Positions 11,640 to 22,400 of a DNA stretch of 64,000 nt are shown one piece after another. Made by a program: the position numbers and the translations under genes. The first letter of the stretch is position 1. Each line of letters opens with the position of its first letter. The notes under the pieces were generated by a model. That model did no database searches. It was not told the DNA's origin and saw only the letters and a list, made by a program, of their open reading frames with translations. The stretch is from an uncultured delta proteobacterium (GTDB lineage: Bacteria; Desulfobacterota; Syntrophia; Syntrophales; UBA2185), in the NCBI GenBank assembly GCA_963695875.1, contig CAVOID010000014.1:72193-136192 (forward strand). The letters run 5' to 3'.

Positions 11640-12326
11640 TTAAGCCTTTTTATGAGACCCTCTGCTAATAACAATATCGTCCTTCGTCGTAATCTTGATA
11701 TTATCATAGGAACCACGAATCATCTTCACATTGATGCCTATCCTCTCAACGAGTGAGGCATCGTCAGTCCCATAATAATTATCCTCATAAGCAACTTCAT
11801 AGGCCTTTTTTATAACATCCCGTTTAAATGCCTGAGGAGTCTGCGTCAGCCACAGAGTGCCGCGATCGAGCGTTTCCCTGACCCACGCGTGATCATCAAC
11901 TGACTTAACGGTATCCTTGACCGGGACACCGACTGTCACCGCCTCTTCCTTTGATGCTTCAACAATGGCAGAATTGACCAGTTCTTCTGATATGAACGGC
12001 CTGACACCATCATGAATCACAACGATGTCATGATTACTTGCTAACGCATTAATCCCGTTCCTTACAGAATCCTGCCTTTCCCTTCCTCCTGCCAGTATCC
12101 GGCTGACTTTAGAAATGCCATATTTTTCAACAATTAATTGACGGGCAAACTCAATATCATCCTCCGGAACGATGAGAAATATCTCATCTATCTTTGGCGA
12201 TTCCTGAAATATTCTCAGCGTATGCACAAGGACGGGTACACCATCCAGCAAAAGATATTGTTTGGATTGATTTTCCTGCATCCGCTTTCCCGAACCGCCG
12301 GCAGGAATAATTGCAACTGTTTTCAT
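11640..12326 (-). CDS. ispD: 2-C-methyl-D-erythritol 4-phosphate cytidylyltransferase
   Basis: IIPAGGSGKRM, GGRERQDSV, IHDGVRPF, TQTPQAF, NIKITT. Confidence 0.96.
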   Translation of the reverse strand: MKTVAIIPAGGSGKRMQENQSKQYLLLDGVPVLVHTLRIFQESPKIDEIFLIVPEDDIEFARQLIVEKYGISKVSRILAGGRERQDSVRNGINALASNHDIVVIHDGVRPFISEELVNSAIVEASKEEAVTVGVPVKDTVKSVDDHAWVRETLDRGTLWLTQTPQAFKRDVIKKAYEVAYEDNYYGTDDASLVERIGINVKMIRGSYDNIKITTKDDIVISRGSHKKA

Positions 12327-12341
12327 TGCCATGCTCAAGAT

Positions 12342-12378
12342 AAAAAAAAGCCCGGCGCTTTTGAGCTCTCCGGGCTTC
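12342..12378 (-). terminator. Rho-independent terminator between the PIN/TRAM gene and ispD
   Basis: Minus-strand AAGCCCGG...CCGGGCT followed by a T-run. Confidence 0.7.
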
Positions 12379-12387
12379 AACATTATG

Positions 12388-13416
12388 TTATTGTTTTACA
12401 CTGAACCCGTATGTTTTTTTATCTGCACTGCCTTCCTTCAACTCCGAAAATATCATCCTGCCCGCAGTCGTCTGCAGCACACTTGTTACAACAACTTCGA
12501 CATTTGAGCCCTGATACTTCTGCGCATTATCAACAATTATCATGGTTCCATCATCGAGATACGCGACCCCCTGTCCGGGCTCTTTTCCGTCTTTGATGAT
12601 CTTCACCGTCATTATCTCGCCGGGCAGGACCACAGGCTTCAGCGCATTCGCAAGTTCATTAACATTCAATATCTTTATGCCTTGCAGTTCGGCAACCTTG
12701 TTCAAGTTGAAATCATTGGTAATTATTTTACCATTCATTTTTTTTGCCATTGCCACAAGCTTCGCATCAACACCCTTGAGTTTCGGAAAATCCTGATCCA
12801 CAACCTCAATGTGGATTCCACTGCTCCTTTGCATCCGGTTCAGGATATCGAGCCCCCTTCTGCCGCGGGAACGCTTCATAGAATCTGAAGAGTCGGCAAT
12901 GTACTGCAATTCATCCAATACAAAGCGGGGGACCAACAGGGTGCCTTCAACAAAACCCGTATCACAGATATCTGCAATCCTGCCGTCAATAATAACGCTC
13001 GTATCAAGAATGCCATAATCGGAACTCTCTTTCGTCTGGCCAAAGCCGAATAGATTAAACTCTTCGATTTTTTTTGATCCGATAACAAGACCAAGATACC
13101 CCATAATACCCGTCAGCAAGGCATATATCCAGGGGGCAACCTGCTGCTTCTCCCAGGTAACACCTACAAAATTCAGACCATAGGCCAGAAAGAAAGCTAT
13201 GAAAAGGCCTATGATCATACCAACAACACCACCAAATATAACTCTGAGAGATACCTTTCTTATGGCCTGTTCAGCTCGTATGACAGAAATAGCAATTAAT
13301 AATCCTAAAAATAATCCTATCAGTGCTATAGGAAATCCATAATAGGTAAATGCAATAAAATAACCGCTTATTGAACAAGCTGCCATGAGAAGAATTTTTA
13401 TTATCAATTTTATCAC
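12388..13416 (-). CDS. PIN/TRAM-domain membrane protein (YacL-like)
   Basis: N-terminal TM helices, [40 protein letters not shown]. Confidence 0.92.
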   Translation of the reverse strand: MIKLIIKILLMAACSISGYFIAFTYYGFPIALIGLFLGLLIAISVIRAEQAIRKVSLRVIFGGVVGMIIGLFIAFFLAYGLNFVGVTWEKQQVAPWIYALLTGIMGYLGLVIGSKKIEEFNLFGFGQTKESSDYGILDTSVIIDGRIADICDTGFVEGTLLVPRFVLDELQYIADSSDSMKRSRGRRGLDILNRMQRSSGIHIEVVDQDFPKLKGVDAKLVAMAKKMNGKIITNDFNLNKVAELQGIKILNVNELANALKPVVLPGEIMTVKIIKDGKEPGQGVAYLDDGTMIIVDNAQKYQGSNVEVVVTSVLQTTAGRMIFSELKEGSADKKTYGFSVKQ

Positions 13417-13555
13417 CTCCTTTCTTATTTTATTATGTTGCTTACTGATTCACTTTGCACGGGAATTTCACTTTTTTCGATAAGTATAATATACTTTATC
13501 GTAAAGTTATTCCCTGAAGCTCATTGCACCGTTAATATCATTCTAAGGTCTTGTT

Positions 13556-14005
13556 CTACTTGGTTTCTTCCGAGTTACTCGCAACTGATATCTCCTTAAC
13601 CAATAAGCTCTTGGCTGTATCCATCATTTTCCTTTCACCAAAGGACAGATTCTTGTCAGACTTTAAAATGAAAAGATCCCGCAATACTCTCGCAATTTCA
13701 AATACCGAGCCTGTCTTAATCTTATCCAGGTATTCCTTGTATCGCTTGTTCCACGTCTGCTTGTCGATGGTAACGTCCTTGTTTCGAAGTATCTCATATA
13801 CTTTAGGAATTTCCTTTTTTGCGATGACCTCTCTGAGCCCGACAGAATCTGCACCATCGATGGGAATCATAATTTTCATGCCGTTGCTCATGATCTTCAT
13901 AATATAAAACGACTGTTTGCTGCCCATATATTCCTTGTTTTCAATCGCTTCGATGATTCCAACACCTTGGGCTGGATAAACTGCTAAATCTCCTATCTTA
14001 AACAT
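13556..14005 (-). CDS. carD: CarD family transcription regulator
   Basis: FKIGDLAVYPAQGVG, WNKRYKEY, LSFGERKM. Confidence 0.93.
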   Translation of the reverse strand: MFKIGDLAVYPAQGVGIIEAIENKEYMGSKQSFYIMKIMSNGMKIMIPIDGADSVGLREVIAKKEIPKVYEILRNKDVTIDKQTWNKRYKEYLDKIKTGSVFEIARVLRDLFILKSDKNLSFGERKMMDTAKSLLVKEISVASNSEETK

Positions 14006-14096
14006 CTCCCTCACCCGCTAATTAAATTTTTTAATCATTTCTTATAACACATTTTAAAATAATAGTCAATATACAACCACTATGACCGGATAAGTC

Positions 14097-14342
14097 TTAT
14101 TGTATGTATCTATTCATTATTTTTAATAAATCATTGTCCAGCCGATCCTGCTCCTGCGTATTGTAACGATCAATAATACTCTTTACCCTGTTAAACATAC
14201 CCTTGTCTGAAAGATCGGCAAGTCTTCCGTAAATCCCGCCTCTCCTTCCAACCCTGTATATGAGTCTTTCCTCGTCGGACAGGAAAAAGTAATTATCAAT
14301 GATTCCTAAAAGCGTATCTTTATCCTCCGGAAGCTCCTAAAA
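14097..14342 (-). pseudogene. C-terminal remnant of a probable radical SAM protein, bounded by a miniature element
   Basis: Start-less frame ELPEDKDTLLGIIDNYFFLSDEERLIYRVGRRGGIY...MNRYIQ*; family assignment is from recall only. Confidence 0.45.
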
Positions 14343-14455
14343 TTGAGGATCTTCGCTGTAAACAGCAGAGATTCTTGGATACTTAAGGAATAGTACCGTT
14401 TGAAATTCGCTCGTCTACCACGTAACAAGCTGTAGTGAATGCTCTCGCTGCCGGA
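14343..14455 (-). mobile_element. Degenerate copy of family-A IS200/IS605-derived miniature element
   Basis: Aligns by eye over its length with copies at 15446, 51888 and 57302, with many substitutions. Confidence 0.7.
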
Positions 14456-14456
14456 T

Positions 14457-15407
14457 TTACGGGAGAAAGAAAAGAGGGTTTCGGGCCTTATTCTTATGTC
14501 GGATTTCAAAGTTTAGGTAAGCTTCTCCTTTTTTCTCCGGTTTACCTAGTAAGGCTATGTGACCACCCTTCTTAATATGATCATCCACTCTCACTATTCT
14601 CTTGCTCAAATTAGTATAGACAGTGGCATAATTGTCTTCATGTTTTATAATAATTGTTTCTCCATAATCCCTCAACGAATTAGAAAAAATTACTATCCCG
14701 CTCGCCGCAGCTAGTACAGGTGCTCCCTCCTTTGCCGCTATTTTTATTCCGTTAAGATACATACCATTGGGCTGAATGCCAAACCTTGACTGAAGTTTCC
14801 CTTTCACAGGCCATATGAAACGTCCTTTGTCAAATTTTAACTTTTCAGGTTCTCCCCCACTGTCCTTCTCTCTACTTTTCTGCTCAACCTTCTGTTCCGT
14901 TTCAGGCCCTGGCGGCAGTTTACCAGTCAATGCGGAAATATTCTCTATACTTTTTTTTGCCCGGCTCTTTGATTCTTCTCTGGATGAAACCTCCACTTTA
15001 CTCTTGGGAACATCCCTCGGTGAAATAACCTCTGTTTTCAATGGCGCTTTATCAGCCTTCGGCACTTCCTTCCCCGGCTTGAGTGCTGACGTTTTATCTT
15101 CCTTCTGCGTGTTTTTTACGGAAGACCCTCTTTCGCTGACCGAGGATATTACGTCATCGATAACCTGATCTGCCGCAGGAATAAACAGGATACTATTTTG
15201 ACCTATCAGTCTCGGATCTGTAATATTATTTGCCTCAGCCAGTTCCTGGACGTTTATATTGTAGGCCTTGGCAATACTCCAGAGTGTGTCACCAGCTTTC
15301 ACTCTGTGGTATACACCTCTAGTTTTTACGGTTTTGATATGATGGCCTGTGCATGCGAAAAACAGATTTACTAAAAGAAGAAGGATAATGATAAGGCGCC
15401 AGTTCAT
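14457..15407 (-). CDS. nlpD: LysM + M23 peptidase lipoprotein (NlpD-like)
   Basis: Lipobox FFAC, LysM YHRVKAGDTLWSIA, degenerate M23 (FIWPVKG...LNFEIR...NPL); follows pcm. Confidence 0.85.
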   Translation of the reverse strand: MNWRLIIILLLLVNLFFACTGHHIKTVKTRGVYHRVKAGDTLWSIAKAYNINVQELAEANNITDPRLIGQNSILFIPAADQVIDDVISSVSERGSSVKNTQKEDKTSALKPGKEVPKADKAPLKTEVISPRDVPKSKVEVSSREESKSRAKKSIENISALTGKLPPGPETEQKVEQKSREKDSGGEPEKLKFDKGRFIWPVKGKLQSRFGIQPNGMYLNGIKIAAKEGAPVLAAASGIVIFSNSLRDYGETIIIKHEDNYATVYTNLSKRIVRVDDHIKKGGHIALLGKPEKKGEAYLNFEIRHKNKARNPLFFLP

Positions 15408-15445
15408 GTTGAATCGATCAGGACAAAACACTTTCAACATGTAAT

Positions 15446-15557
15446 TTGAAGCTCTCCGCAGTAAACTGCGGGGAAACTTCGATCCATAAGGAATAACAAT
15501 GTTACCCATTCGCTCGCTTACCCGGCAGCAAGCTGCGGGAACGCGCTTGCTGCCGGA
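15446..15557 (-). mobile_element. Family-A miniature element (112 bp)
   Basis: Two hairpins (CCGCAGTAAACTGCGG; CCCGGCAGCAAGCTGCGGG); on the minus strand ends TTCAA and follows TGAA. Confidence 0.85.
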
Positions 15558-15558
15558 T

Positions 15559-16212
15559 TCAATACTCCCATCCATATTCTCCAATAAGATCCACGAAACG
15601 GCATCCGCCCAGGTCTTCTTTTTTTACATCATTCAGATCCTCTGATAAACGGGTCAATTTAATCAGCACCTGAGAGTGTCGGCCACCAGCAGGGATTACA
15701 AGTCTTCCTACAATAGCGAGTTGCTCCAATAAAGTTTTGGGTATATTCGGTGCTCCGGCTGTGACTATTATAGCATTAAAGGGAGATTCCTCCCGCCACC
15801 CATAAGTACCATCCCCGACTCGGATTGCCGCATTAAAATAATTAAGAGATTCTAGCAGTCTCCTTGCTCCACTTGCAAGCGACGCGATGCGATCAATAGA
15901 AAAAACATGCTCGGCGAGTTCCGCTAATATGGCAGTCTGATACCCGGAGCCTGTCCCGACTTCCAGAACTTTTTCATTACCCTTAAGTTCCATGGCTTCC
16001 GTCATGAGAGCCACAATGTAAGGTTGAGATATGGTCTGCCCTCCGTCTATGGGAAGTGGATTATCATTGTACGCCTGGTCCCTCAAAGCTTCATTTACAA
16101 AGAGATGGCGGGGAACCGTTTCCATAGCTTTTAACACTCGTGGATCCCTGATCCCTCTTGCTCTTATCTGGGATTCCACCATCTTCATTCTTTGTTTTAA
16201 GTACCGGTCCAT
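15559..16212 (-). CDS. pcm: Protein-L-isoaspartate O-methyltransferase
   Basis: QTISQPYIVA, VLEVGTGSGYQTA, GDGTYGW. Confidence 0.96.
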   Translation of the reverse strand: MDRYLKQRMKMVESQIRARGIRDPRVLKAMETVPRHLFVNEALRDQAYNDNPLPIDGGQTISQPYIVALMTEAMELKGNEKVLEVGTGSGYQTAILAELAEHVFSIDRIASLASGARRLLESLNYFNAAIRVGDGTYGWREESPFNAIIVTAGAPNIPKTLLEQLAIVGRLVIPAGGRHSQVLIKLTRLSEDLNDVKKEDLGGCRFVDLIGEYGWEY

Positions 16213-16622
16213 TATACATCCCGAAGGTATTTTTTCCTGGGTGGAATGCTGTATGATTCTTCGACCCAGTGATGCCGCCGCATACCCATCGCTTCTCTGG
16301 TTACAATCAGATAGTAATATCTCAATTTTGCATGCTCTCTTGCGTGATTGAATTTACCGATCTCTCCGTTAATTTCTTTGAATATTTTCTGTCTCCGGGA
16401 AGCAAGCTTGCCATCGTCATACCCGTCTTCAGATTTTTCGACAATGGAGCGGTAACTTTTCAGCCTCTCTTCAATAACCTGCTCAATTATCCTCATTTTT
16501 TCAATGGCGGCAGCTAACTTTTCACCAGCCCGGCCGAGGACTTCCGCCCTCTCCTTCATCATTTCTTCACGCAGGATATTTTCAGGATCCTTTTGCCTGT
16601 CTGTCTTTAACATAGCAGCCAT
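16212..16622 (-). CDS. Hypothetical coiled-coil protein
   Basis: 136-aa ORF coupled to pcm; YYYLIVTREAMG. Confidence 0.7.
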   Translation of the reverse strand: MAAMLKTDRQKDPENILREEMMKERAEVLGRAGEKLAAAIEKMRIIEQVIEERLKSYRSIVEKSEDGYDDGKLASRRQKIFKEINGEIGKFNHAREHAKLRYYYLIVTREAMGMRRHHWVEESYSIPPRKKYLRDV

Positions 16623-16739
16623 TTTCCATTATTCAATCATATTAATATATCATTTAATTACACTTCTTTCAATATAAAAGGCTTTCCATAAAGGAATAAC
16701 GCAGTTTCATATTTTTGAAAAAAGTGTCCAAATAAGTCA

Positions 16740-16885
16740 GCAAACTGCGAAGCAAAAAGTGTAAGTTTCAAGGTGCACATGGTTCGACAAGCTCACCATG
16801 ACACGTCAACTGTGTTGATCCTGCCTGTCCCCTGCCTTCGCGGGAGGTAAACTTCGATAGGAGAACTTTTTACAATGCCTTCAAA
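16740..16885. repeat. MITE/REP-like composite repeat
   Basis: GCAAAAAGT...ACTTTTTACA ends; internal ATGGTTCGACAAGCTCACCATGACA and CCTGTCCCC...GCGGGA units shared with the 23311 element. Confidence 0.55.
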
Positions 16886-16983
16886 GTTTTGCTTTACAGT
16901 ATCGTAATATTTCGCTTAAAATTAAACATTAGTTCTGCTTCATAAAGATAGAGAATCCTTATTATACTAGGGAGAAAAACAAC

Positions 16984-18576
16984 GTGCCGGGTGTCAGATA
17001 TGTCATGTCTCGTGCTGTGAGGAATGCCTATCAGGCGGGCAAAGAAGATGAAACATTGCCTCCCCTTGTTTTATTTAATCGCGCCGGTCAACCCGCGGGA
17101 AGATTAAAAAAAGGAGATGCCGTTATATTTTATAACGTCAGAGGAGAAAGGGAAGTAGAGCTAACGAAAAGTCTGATGGACGCTGGATTCGATAAATTCC
17201 CTGTAGAAAAGAACCTTACGCTTCACTTTGCCACCATGATTGAATACTACAAGGAGCTCAATGCCAGTGTTGCCTTCCCTCCGGAAGGCGTAATTGAAGA
17301 TACATTAAGCGAAATCATAGCGCGACACCACCTCAGGCAGGTAAAAATTACGGAAGCCGAAAAGGCGATTCATATTAGCTATTTTCTCAACGGGAAAAAC
17401 AACGAAGTCCCTCCGGGTGAAGAAAGGGTAATCGTTCCCACCCGGAAAGATGTGACCCTTTTTGACGAAGCCCCGGAAATGTCCATCAACGCCATCACGG
17501 AGAAAGCCATAGAAAAAATACGTGACCCCTCATTTCATTTTATCTTCGTAAACTTCCCGAATGTAGATGTCGTCGGACATATAGAAAATGAAGCGGCTGT
17601 CATTCGCGCCGTTGAGGCAGTGGATACATGTACGGGACGTATTGTCGAGGAGGCTCTAAAAGAAGAGCTTGTCGCTATCGTCACTGCCGATCATGGCACA
17701 GTTGAAAAATGGCTGTTTCCGGACGGCGCCATCGACACTGGGCACACAGACTGCCCCGTTCCTTTTATTCTTGTCGATCACAATCAAAAAAATATATCTC
17801 TGCGGGAAGGCGGCGAACTGGCGGATGTTGCCCCCACCGTCTTAGACCTCATTGATATCCCCAAACCGGCATCTATGACAGGGCGCTCATTGATGAAGAA
17901 TCACTCGTTCCGAAGGAAATACGGAGACAGCCCGCGCGTTCTCCTCTTGATCCTCGACGGCTGGGGAGAGAATAGCTCGACGGCAGGGAATCTGATCGCC
18001 CGTGCCCGTACACCCGTCATGGACAGGCTTAAAAAAACATATCCCTATACCCTGCTTGCGGCTTCCGGAGAAGCTGTCGGTCTCGCGCCGGGAACAGTCG
18101 GCAATTCGGAGGCCGGACACCTCCACATAGGTGCAGGGAGAAGGATTTATGCCGACAGCGTAAAAATTGACCGTTCTATTGCAGACGGATCATTCTTTCA
18201 TAATGAAGCGTTCCTCCACGTAATCCGCGCCGCGAAAGATGCGGGCACCTCACTTCATCTCCTGGGGATCGTGTCGTTCTTCAGTTCTCATGGCTCTATC
18301 AATCATCTTTTTGCCTTGATGGATCTTGCAAAGCAGGAAGGGATCAAGGATGTTTTTATTCATGCCATGCTCGGCAGGCGGGGAGAGACGCCTGAGAGCG
18401 GGGCAAATTATATTGAGAAAGTGGAAAGAAAGGCTGAGGAGATCAATCTGGGAAAGGTTGTCTCAGTGATCGGCAGGTACTGGTCAATGGATCGGGAAGA
18501 AAACTGGGACAGGATTGAAAAAACATACCGCATGCTCGTCTACGGGGAGGGAACCCCTGTGACGGAAAGGAGTTGA
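16984..18576 (+). CDS. gpmI: 2,3-bisphosphoglycerate-independent phosphoglycerate mutase-like protein, circularly permuted
   Basis: All iPGM motifs occur once, in permuted order: GDAVIFYNVR, NVDVVGH, TADHG, LADVAPT come first; LILDGWG, GNSEAGH, GRYWSMDRE come last. Confidence 0.85.
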   Translation: MPGVRYVMSRAVRNAYQAGKEDETLPPLVLFNRAGQPAGRLKKGDAVIFYNVRGEREVELTKSLMDAGFDKFPVEKNLTLHFATMIEYYKELNASVAFPPEGVIEDTLSEIIARHHLRQVKITEAEKAIHISYFLNGKNNEVPPGEERVIVPTRKDVTLFDEAPEMSINAITEKAIEKIRDPSFHFIFVNFPNVDVVGHIENEAAVIRAVEAVDTCTGRIVEEALKEELVAIVTADHGTVEKWLFPDGAIDTGHTDCPVPFILVDHNQKNISLREGGELADVAPTVLDLIDIPKPASMTGRSLMKNHSFRRKYGDSPRVLLLILDGWGENSSTAGNLIARARTPVMDRLKKTYPYTLLAASGEAVGLAPGTVGNSEAGHLHIGAGRRIYADSVKIDRSIADGSFFHNEAFLHVIRAAKDAGTSLHLLGIVSFFSSHGSINHLFALMDLAKQEGIKDVFIHAMLGRRGETPESGANYIEKVERKAEEINLGKVVSVIGRYWSMDREENWDRIEKTYRMLVYGEGTPVTERS

Positions 18577-18579
18577 GCC

Positions 18580-19111
18580 ATGGAAGTAAAGATCAACAAT
18601 TCCACACTGGCCCTCGTTGAGGGAGATATAACAATAGAAGAAACGGACGCGATCGTAAATGCCGCCAATTCGAGACTCGCGGGAGGCGGAGGGGTGGACG
18701 GCGCCATACATCGGGCCGGCGGACCATCCATTATGGCAGGAGTGTCGCAAAATCGGAGGATGTCCTACAGGACAGGCGGTTATCACCACCGGGGGAAATC
18801 TCAAGGCAAAATATGTCATCCACACCGTGGGGCCCGTCTACCAGGGCGGTACAAAGGGCGAAGCAGCACTCCTGAAAAGCGCCCATCTGGAGAGTCTCAA
18901 ACTCGCCTCGGCAAAAAAGCTGAAAAGCATTGCCTTTCCGGCAATCAGCACCGGCGTCTATGGTTATCCTGTAAATGAAGCAGCGCAGATTGCCCTGAAA
19001 ACAGTGATCGATTATCTCAAGGAACACAGCGATATTGAGCTGGTGCGCTTCGTTCTCTTCGGCCGCAAAACATACGACATCTTTGCCGAAGAACTGAAAA
19101 AACTTATCTAG
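18580..19111 (+). CDS. Macro domain O-acetyl-ADP-ribose deacetylase (YmdB-like), frameshifted near 18740
   Basis: [41 protein letters not shown]. Confidence 0.92.
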
Positions 19112-19174
19112 AATTTAATCGTGGAGTATGCTGTGCACCCTTGACCTGAGTACAAAACTATGCGAGGAAAAACT

Positions 19175-19728
19175 ATGCGTAAACGAGGCAAGCAGGCAAA
19201 TCTTCAAAAACTTGGTAATATCCTCCAGGACATCCTGAAAAAGCACAATATCAATATCGACTCTGAGGAACAGCGTCTGCTGGAAGTATGGTATAAAGCA
19301 GTAGGTCCCGCAGATTTCAGCCCATACCCGCCCTGATAAGCTCAGAAGAAATACCCTGTTCGTTAAAGTTTCTTCTTCCGTGTGGATGCAGCAGCTTCAT
19401 AATCTTAAGAGCGATATTATTGAAAAAGTCAACCACCTTATGGGAAAGGAATTAGTCAGGAACGTCCATTTTTCCATCGGTGAGATACCTTCTGCCCTGC
19501 CGAAGAAACCCCATCCGGAGTCATTTTCCCCTGGAGTCCTATCCCCTGAAGGATAAGGACAAAAAATTGATCGAAAAAAGTACCTCTTCCGTAACAGATA
19601 AGGAGTTAAAGGAAATTCTGAAAAGGGTAATGACAAAAAATATCATTCGGCGGAGGCTTTCGACTGACCCGGAAATCTCCCTGAAAATGCAGGTCATCTC
19701 TTCCGTATATTTGCTGCCCTCTGAATAG
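19175..19728 (+). CDS. DciA/DUF721 family protein, frameshifted; 3' end uncertain
   Basis: Manual translation: LGNILQDILKK...WYKAVG-QISAHTRP...TLFVKVSSSVWMQQL. Confidence 0.75.
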
Positions 19729-20434
19729 ATAAATAGAGGCGGCATAACTTCCAGCTCTTCACGCCCGCTTTTTATACCTTCCACCAGGACGAATTCTGCG
19801 CGTGAATCACCATGTGAATGCACTGTTCGCATTCTTTTCGGTTCGATGCCGGACATTCTCATGGAAGATAAAAGTTCGACCATCCTGGTCGCAGGGTATA
19901 TGATGTTAGCACGTCCTGATTTTTTTAAAACATATGCCGCTGCATTCAGAAAATCTTGCAGTGTTGCCTTGATCTCGTGACGCGCTATAGATTTCTGATC
20001 ATTCGGATTAATTCTGCCTGATTTCAGTTTTCTATAAGGAGGGTTAAAGACTGCTACGTTAAAGGATTTTGAATCAAAGAGGGCCTCGATGCTTCTGATG
20101 TCTCCCAGGCGGATAGCAAGCTTCTCTTCGAGATTGTTTAGCTGAACGCTTCGCTTTGCCATGTCAACCAGTTCTTCCTGAATATCCACACCGACGACCT
20201 TGCCACATTCTTTTCTCTGTGCCATAATGATGGCAATCACCCCGCTGCCAGTTCCCAGGTCAATAATGTGGTCTCCTTTTTTCAGATGAACAAAATGTGC
20301 TAAAAGAAGGGCGTCAATGGAAAACCGGTACCCCTTCTCTTTCTGAAAAATCCTGATCCGGCCTCCAAGAGAGTCTCATCAACGGTTTCCCCTTCCCTTC
20401 TTAGCGATGAGACGTCAGGACCAATTTTTTTCAT
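19539..20434 (-). CDS. tRNA1(Val) A37 N6-methyltransferase (TrmN6/YfiC-like), frameshifted near the 5' end
   Basis: GYRFSIDALLLA, IDLGTGSG, NPPY, ARHE, EPKRMR. Confidence 0.85.
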
Positions 20435-21676
20435 GATGTTAAGAGATGCACAAATATGCCGCTGCGGAGTTTTGGTTCAAACCAGGTAGATTTGGGGGGC
20501 ATGACTTTACCGGCCTTTGAAACAGTCATGAGTTGTTCCATAGTCGTTGGATAAAGGGAAAAAGCGACGGCAAACTCGCTTGAATCAACCAGTCTTTCTA
20601 GTTCTTGCACTCCCCTTATACCACCTATATATTCAATCCTTCCGTCCGTCCTCGGATTTTGAATCCCCAGGACAGGCTTCAACAGATTATCCTGCAGTAT
20701 AGAAACATCGAGAACGTTGACAGGATCATCTTTGTCATAACTGCCATCTTTTGGCTCTATCTTGTACCACCTGCCTCGTAAATACATTCCGATTTCATGG
20801 TACCGACCGGGCAACTTCTCCACAAAATTATTCGAAAACAAAAAATTGCTCACCGACCCTACGAAGAAATTCAACTTCATTCAAGCCATTCAAATCCTTA
20901 CAGCACGGTTATAGCCCATGATCTTGAGTTGATTGTGGGGAAACAAAACAGCCATTGCATAGTTGTATGCTTCATCTCCGCTGCTTGCAGGATTCTGTTC
21001 CTTTTTCAATTTTCTAACCGCTGCGGCGGCAGCAGCCCGGTGATGACCATCGGCAATATAAAGAGTATCAACCTTTTCAAATGAGTTCGTTACTGCTGCA
21101 ATATCTTTTTCATTTCTAATAACCCAGACTGTATGAGAAATACCATCATCGGCAATAAAATCGTATTCAGGATCACCTTCAACCATTTTTTTGACCAGGC
21201 GATCAATGAAATCCTGAGCCCGGTATGTTAAGAAGACGGGTCCTGTATTGGCATTGACTGTTAATACATGCTTAATGCGATCAAGCTTCCTTATCCGCTT
21301 TTGTCAGTTCGTGTTTTTTAATCCGACCTGATTCATATTCAGCGAGGCTTATCCTCGCGACGATACCATACTGCTCATGGAGACCAATTTTTTGTCGATA
21401 TATGTAAAAACATGGCGTTTTATCCTGAAATAAAACCTGTTCTCGAATAAGTTTATCAAGATTTTATTTGGCAATCTCATATACGCGGTCGCCGTCTGTG
21501 TTCAAATGAGACGGCAAATCAATTTCCGATTTCTCAACATGTAGAAAGTTCAAGGGATTGTCTCGCACGATCTCCCTTGCCTCTTCTACACTCACCACAT
21601 CATAAGGGTAAGAAGCAACTGCTTTAACAAATTGTTTCTGCGGCCTGAGCGCCTTGAAGGGAAGAACAACAGACAT
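20431..21676 (-). CDS. DUF1015 family protein (several indels)
   Basis: PFKALRP, YPYDVV, YIADGHHR, MPPKSTWFEPKLRSG. Confidence 0.88.
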
Positions 21677-21808
21677 GATAGAATCTCCTCTTGCGAAATT
21701 TTTAACATACTGACATAGTGAAATCAATTTCAAAAGTGCCGGTGATAAAAAACCTCCATCTTTCTTCCGCCCCGCATGCAACACTAAACTGATTAAGAAA
21801 GGATTATT

Positions 21809-22288
21809 ATGGGTCTGACGAGGGCTTTTATTCACGGGCTCGAAAGTTCGAGCCAGGGAACAAAGGGAGTATTTTTCACGGAAAGGTACCCAGATATGAT
21901 TATCGAAGATTTTGTCGGTACTTTCAACCAGAGAATGAACAAATTGAATAAATTGCTCTCCGATAAAGCTAACCTGATACTGGTCGGCTCCAGTTATGGA
22001 GGATTAATGGCCACTGTCTATGCATGCAATTATGCAGAGAAAATCAGAGAAACTCATTCTTCTGGCGCCTGCCCTTAATATTGATGAATTTAAACCGTAT
22101 CTCAATAAGAAACTCCATCTTCCTGTTATGATCTATCATGGGAGGAATGATGACGTGGTTCCACCGCTATCCGTCCGGAACATTGCCAGATCGGTTTTTA
22201 CAAACCTTCAATACATCTGGTGGATGATGATCATTCCCTCCACAGGACATTCAGTCACATGGACTGGGATACCCTGCTCGAAGCATAA
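21809..22288 (+). CDS. Small alpha/beta hydrolase (frameshifted)
   Basis: FIHGLES, GSSYGG, LILLAPA, IYHGRNDDVVP. Confidence 0.8.
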
Positions 22289-22400
22289 AAACGATTTGAA
22301 TACGAAAGAATCACACCTGTCAAACCGGACAACTAATCTCTTGACAAGATTTCGTCGTTCTCTTAACATTAACAAAACATTTGGAGATTAATGAAAGGGT

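Noticed and set aside
15408..15584. N-terminal extension of NlpD, and small ORFs at 51984, 53917, 57207 and 23227
   Set aside because: Largely translations of the miniature repeat elements
19539..19728. Long convergent overlap between the DciA-like and TrmN6-like genes
   Set aside because: Probably an indel artefact removing the true stops near 19660
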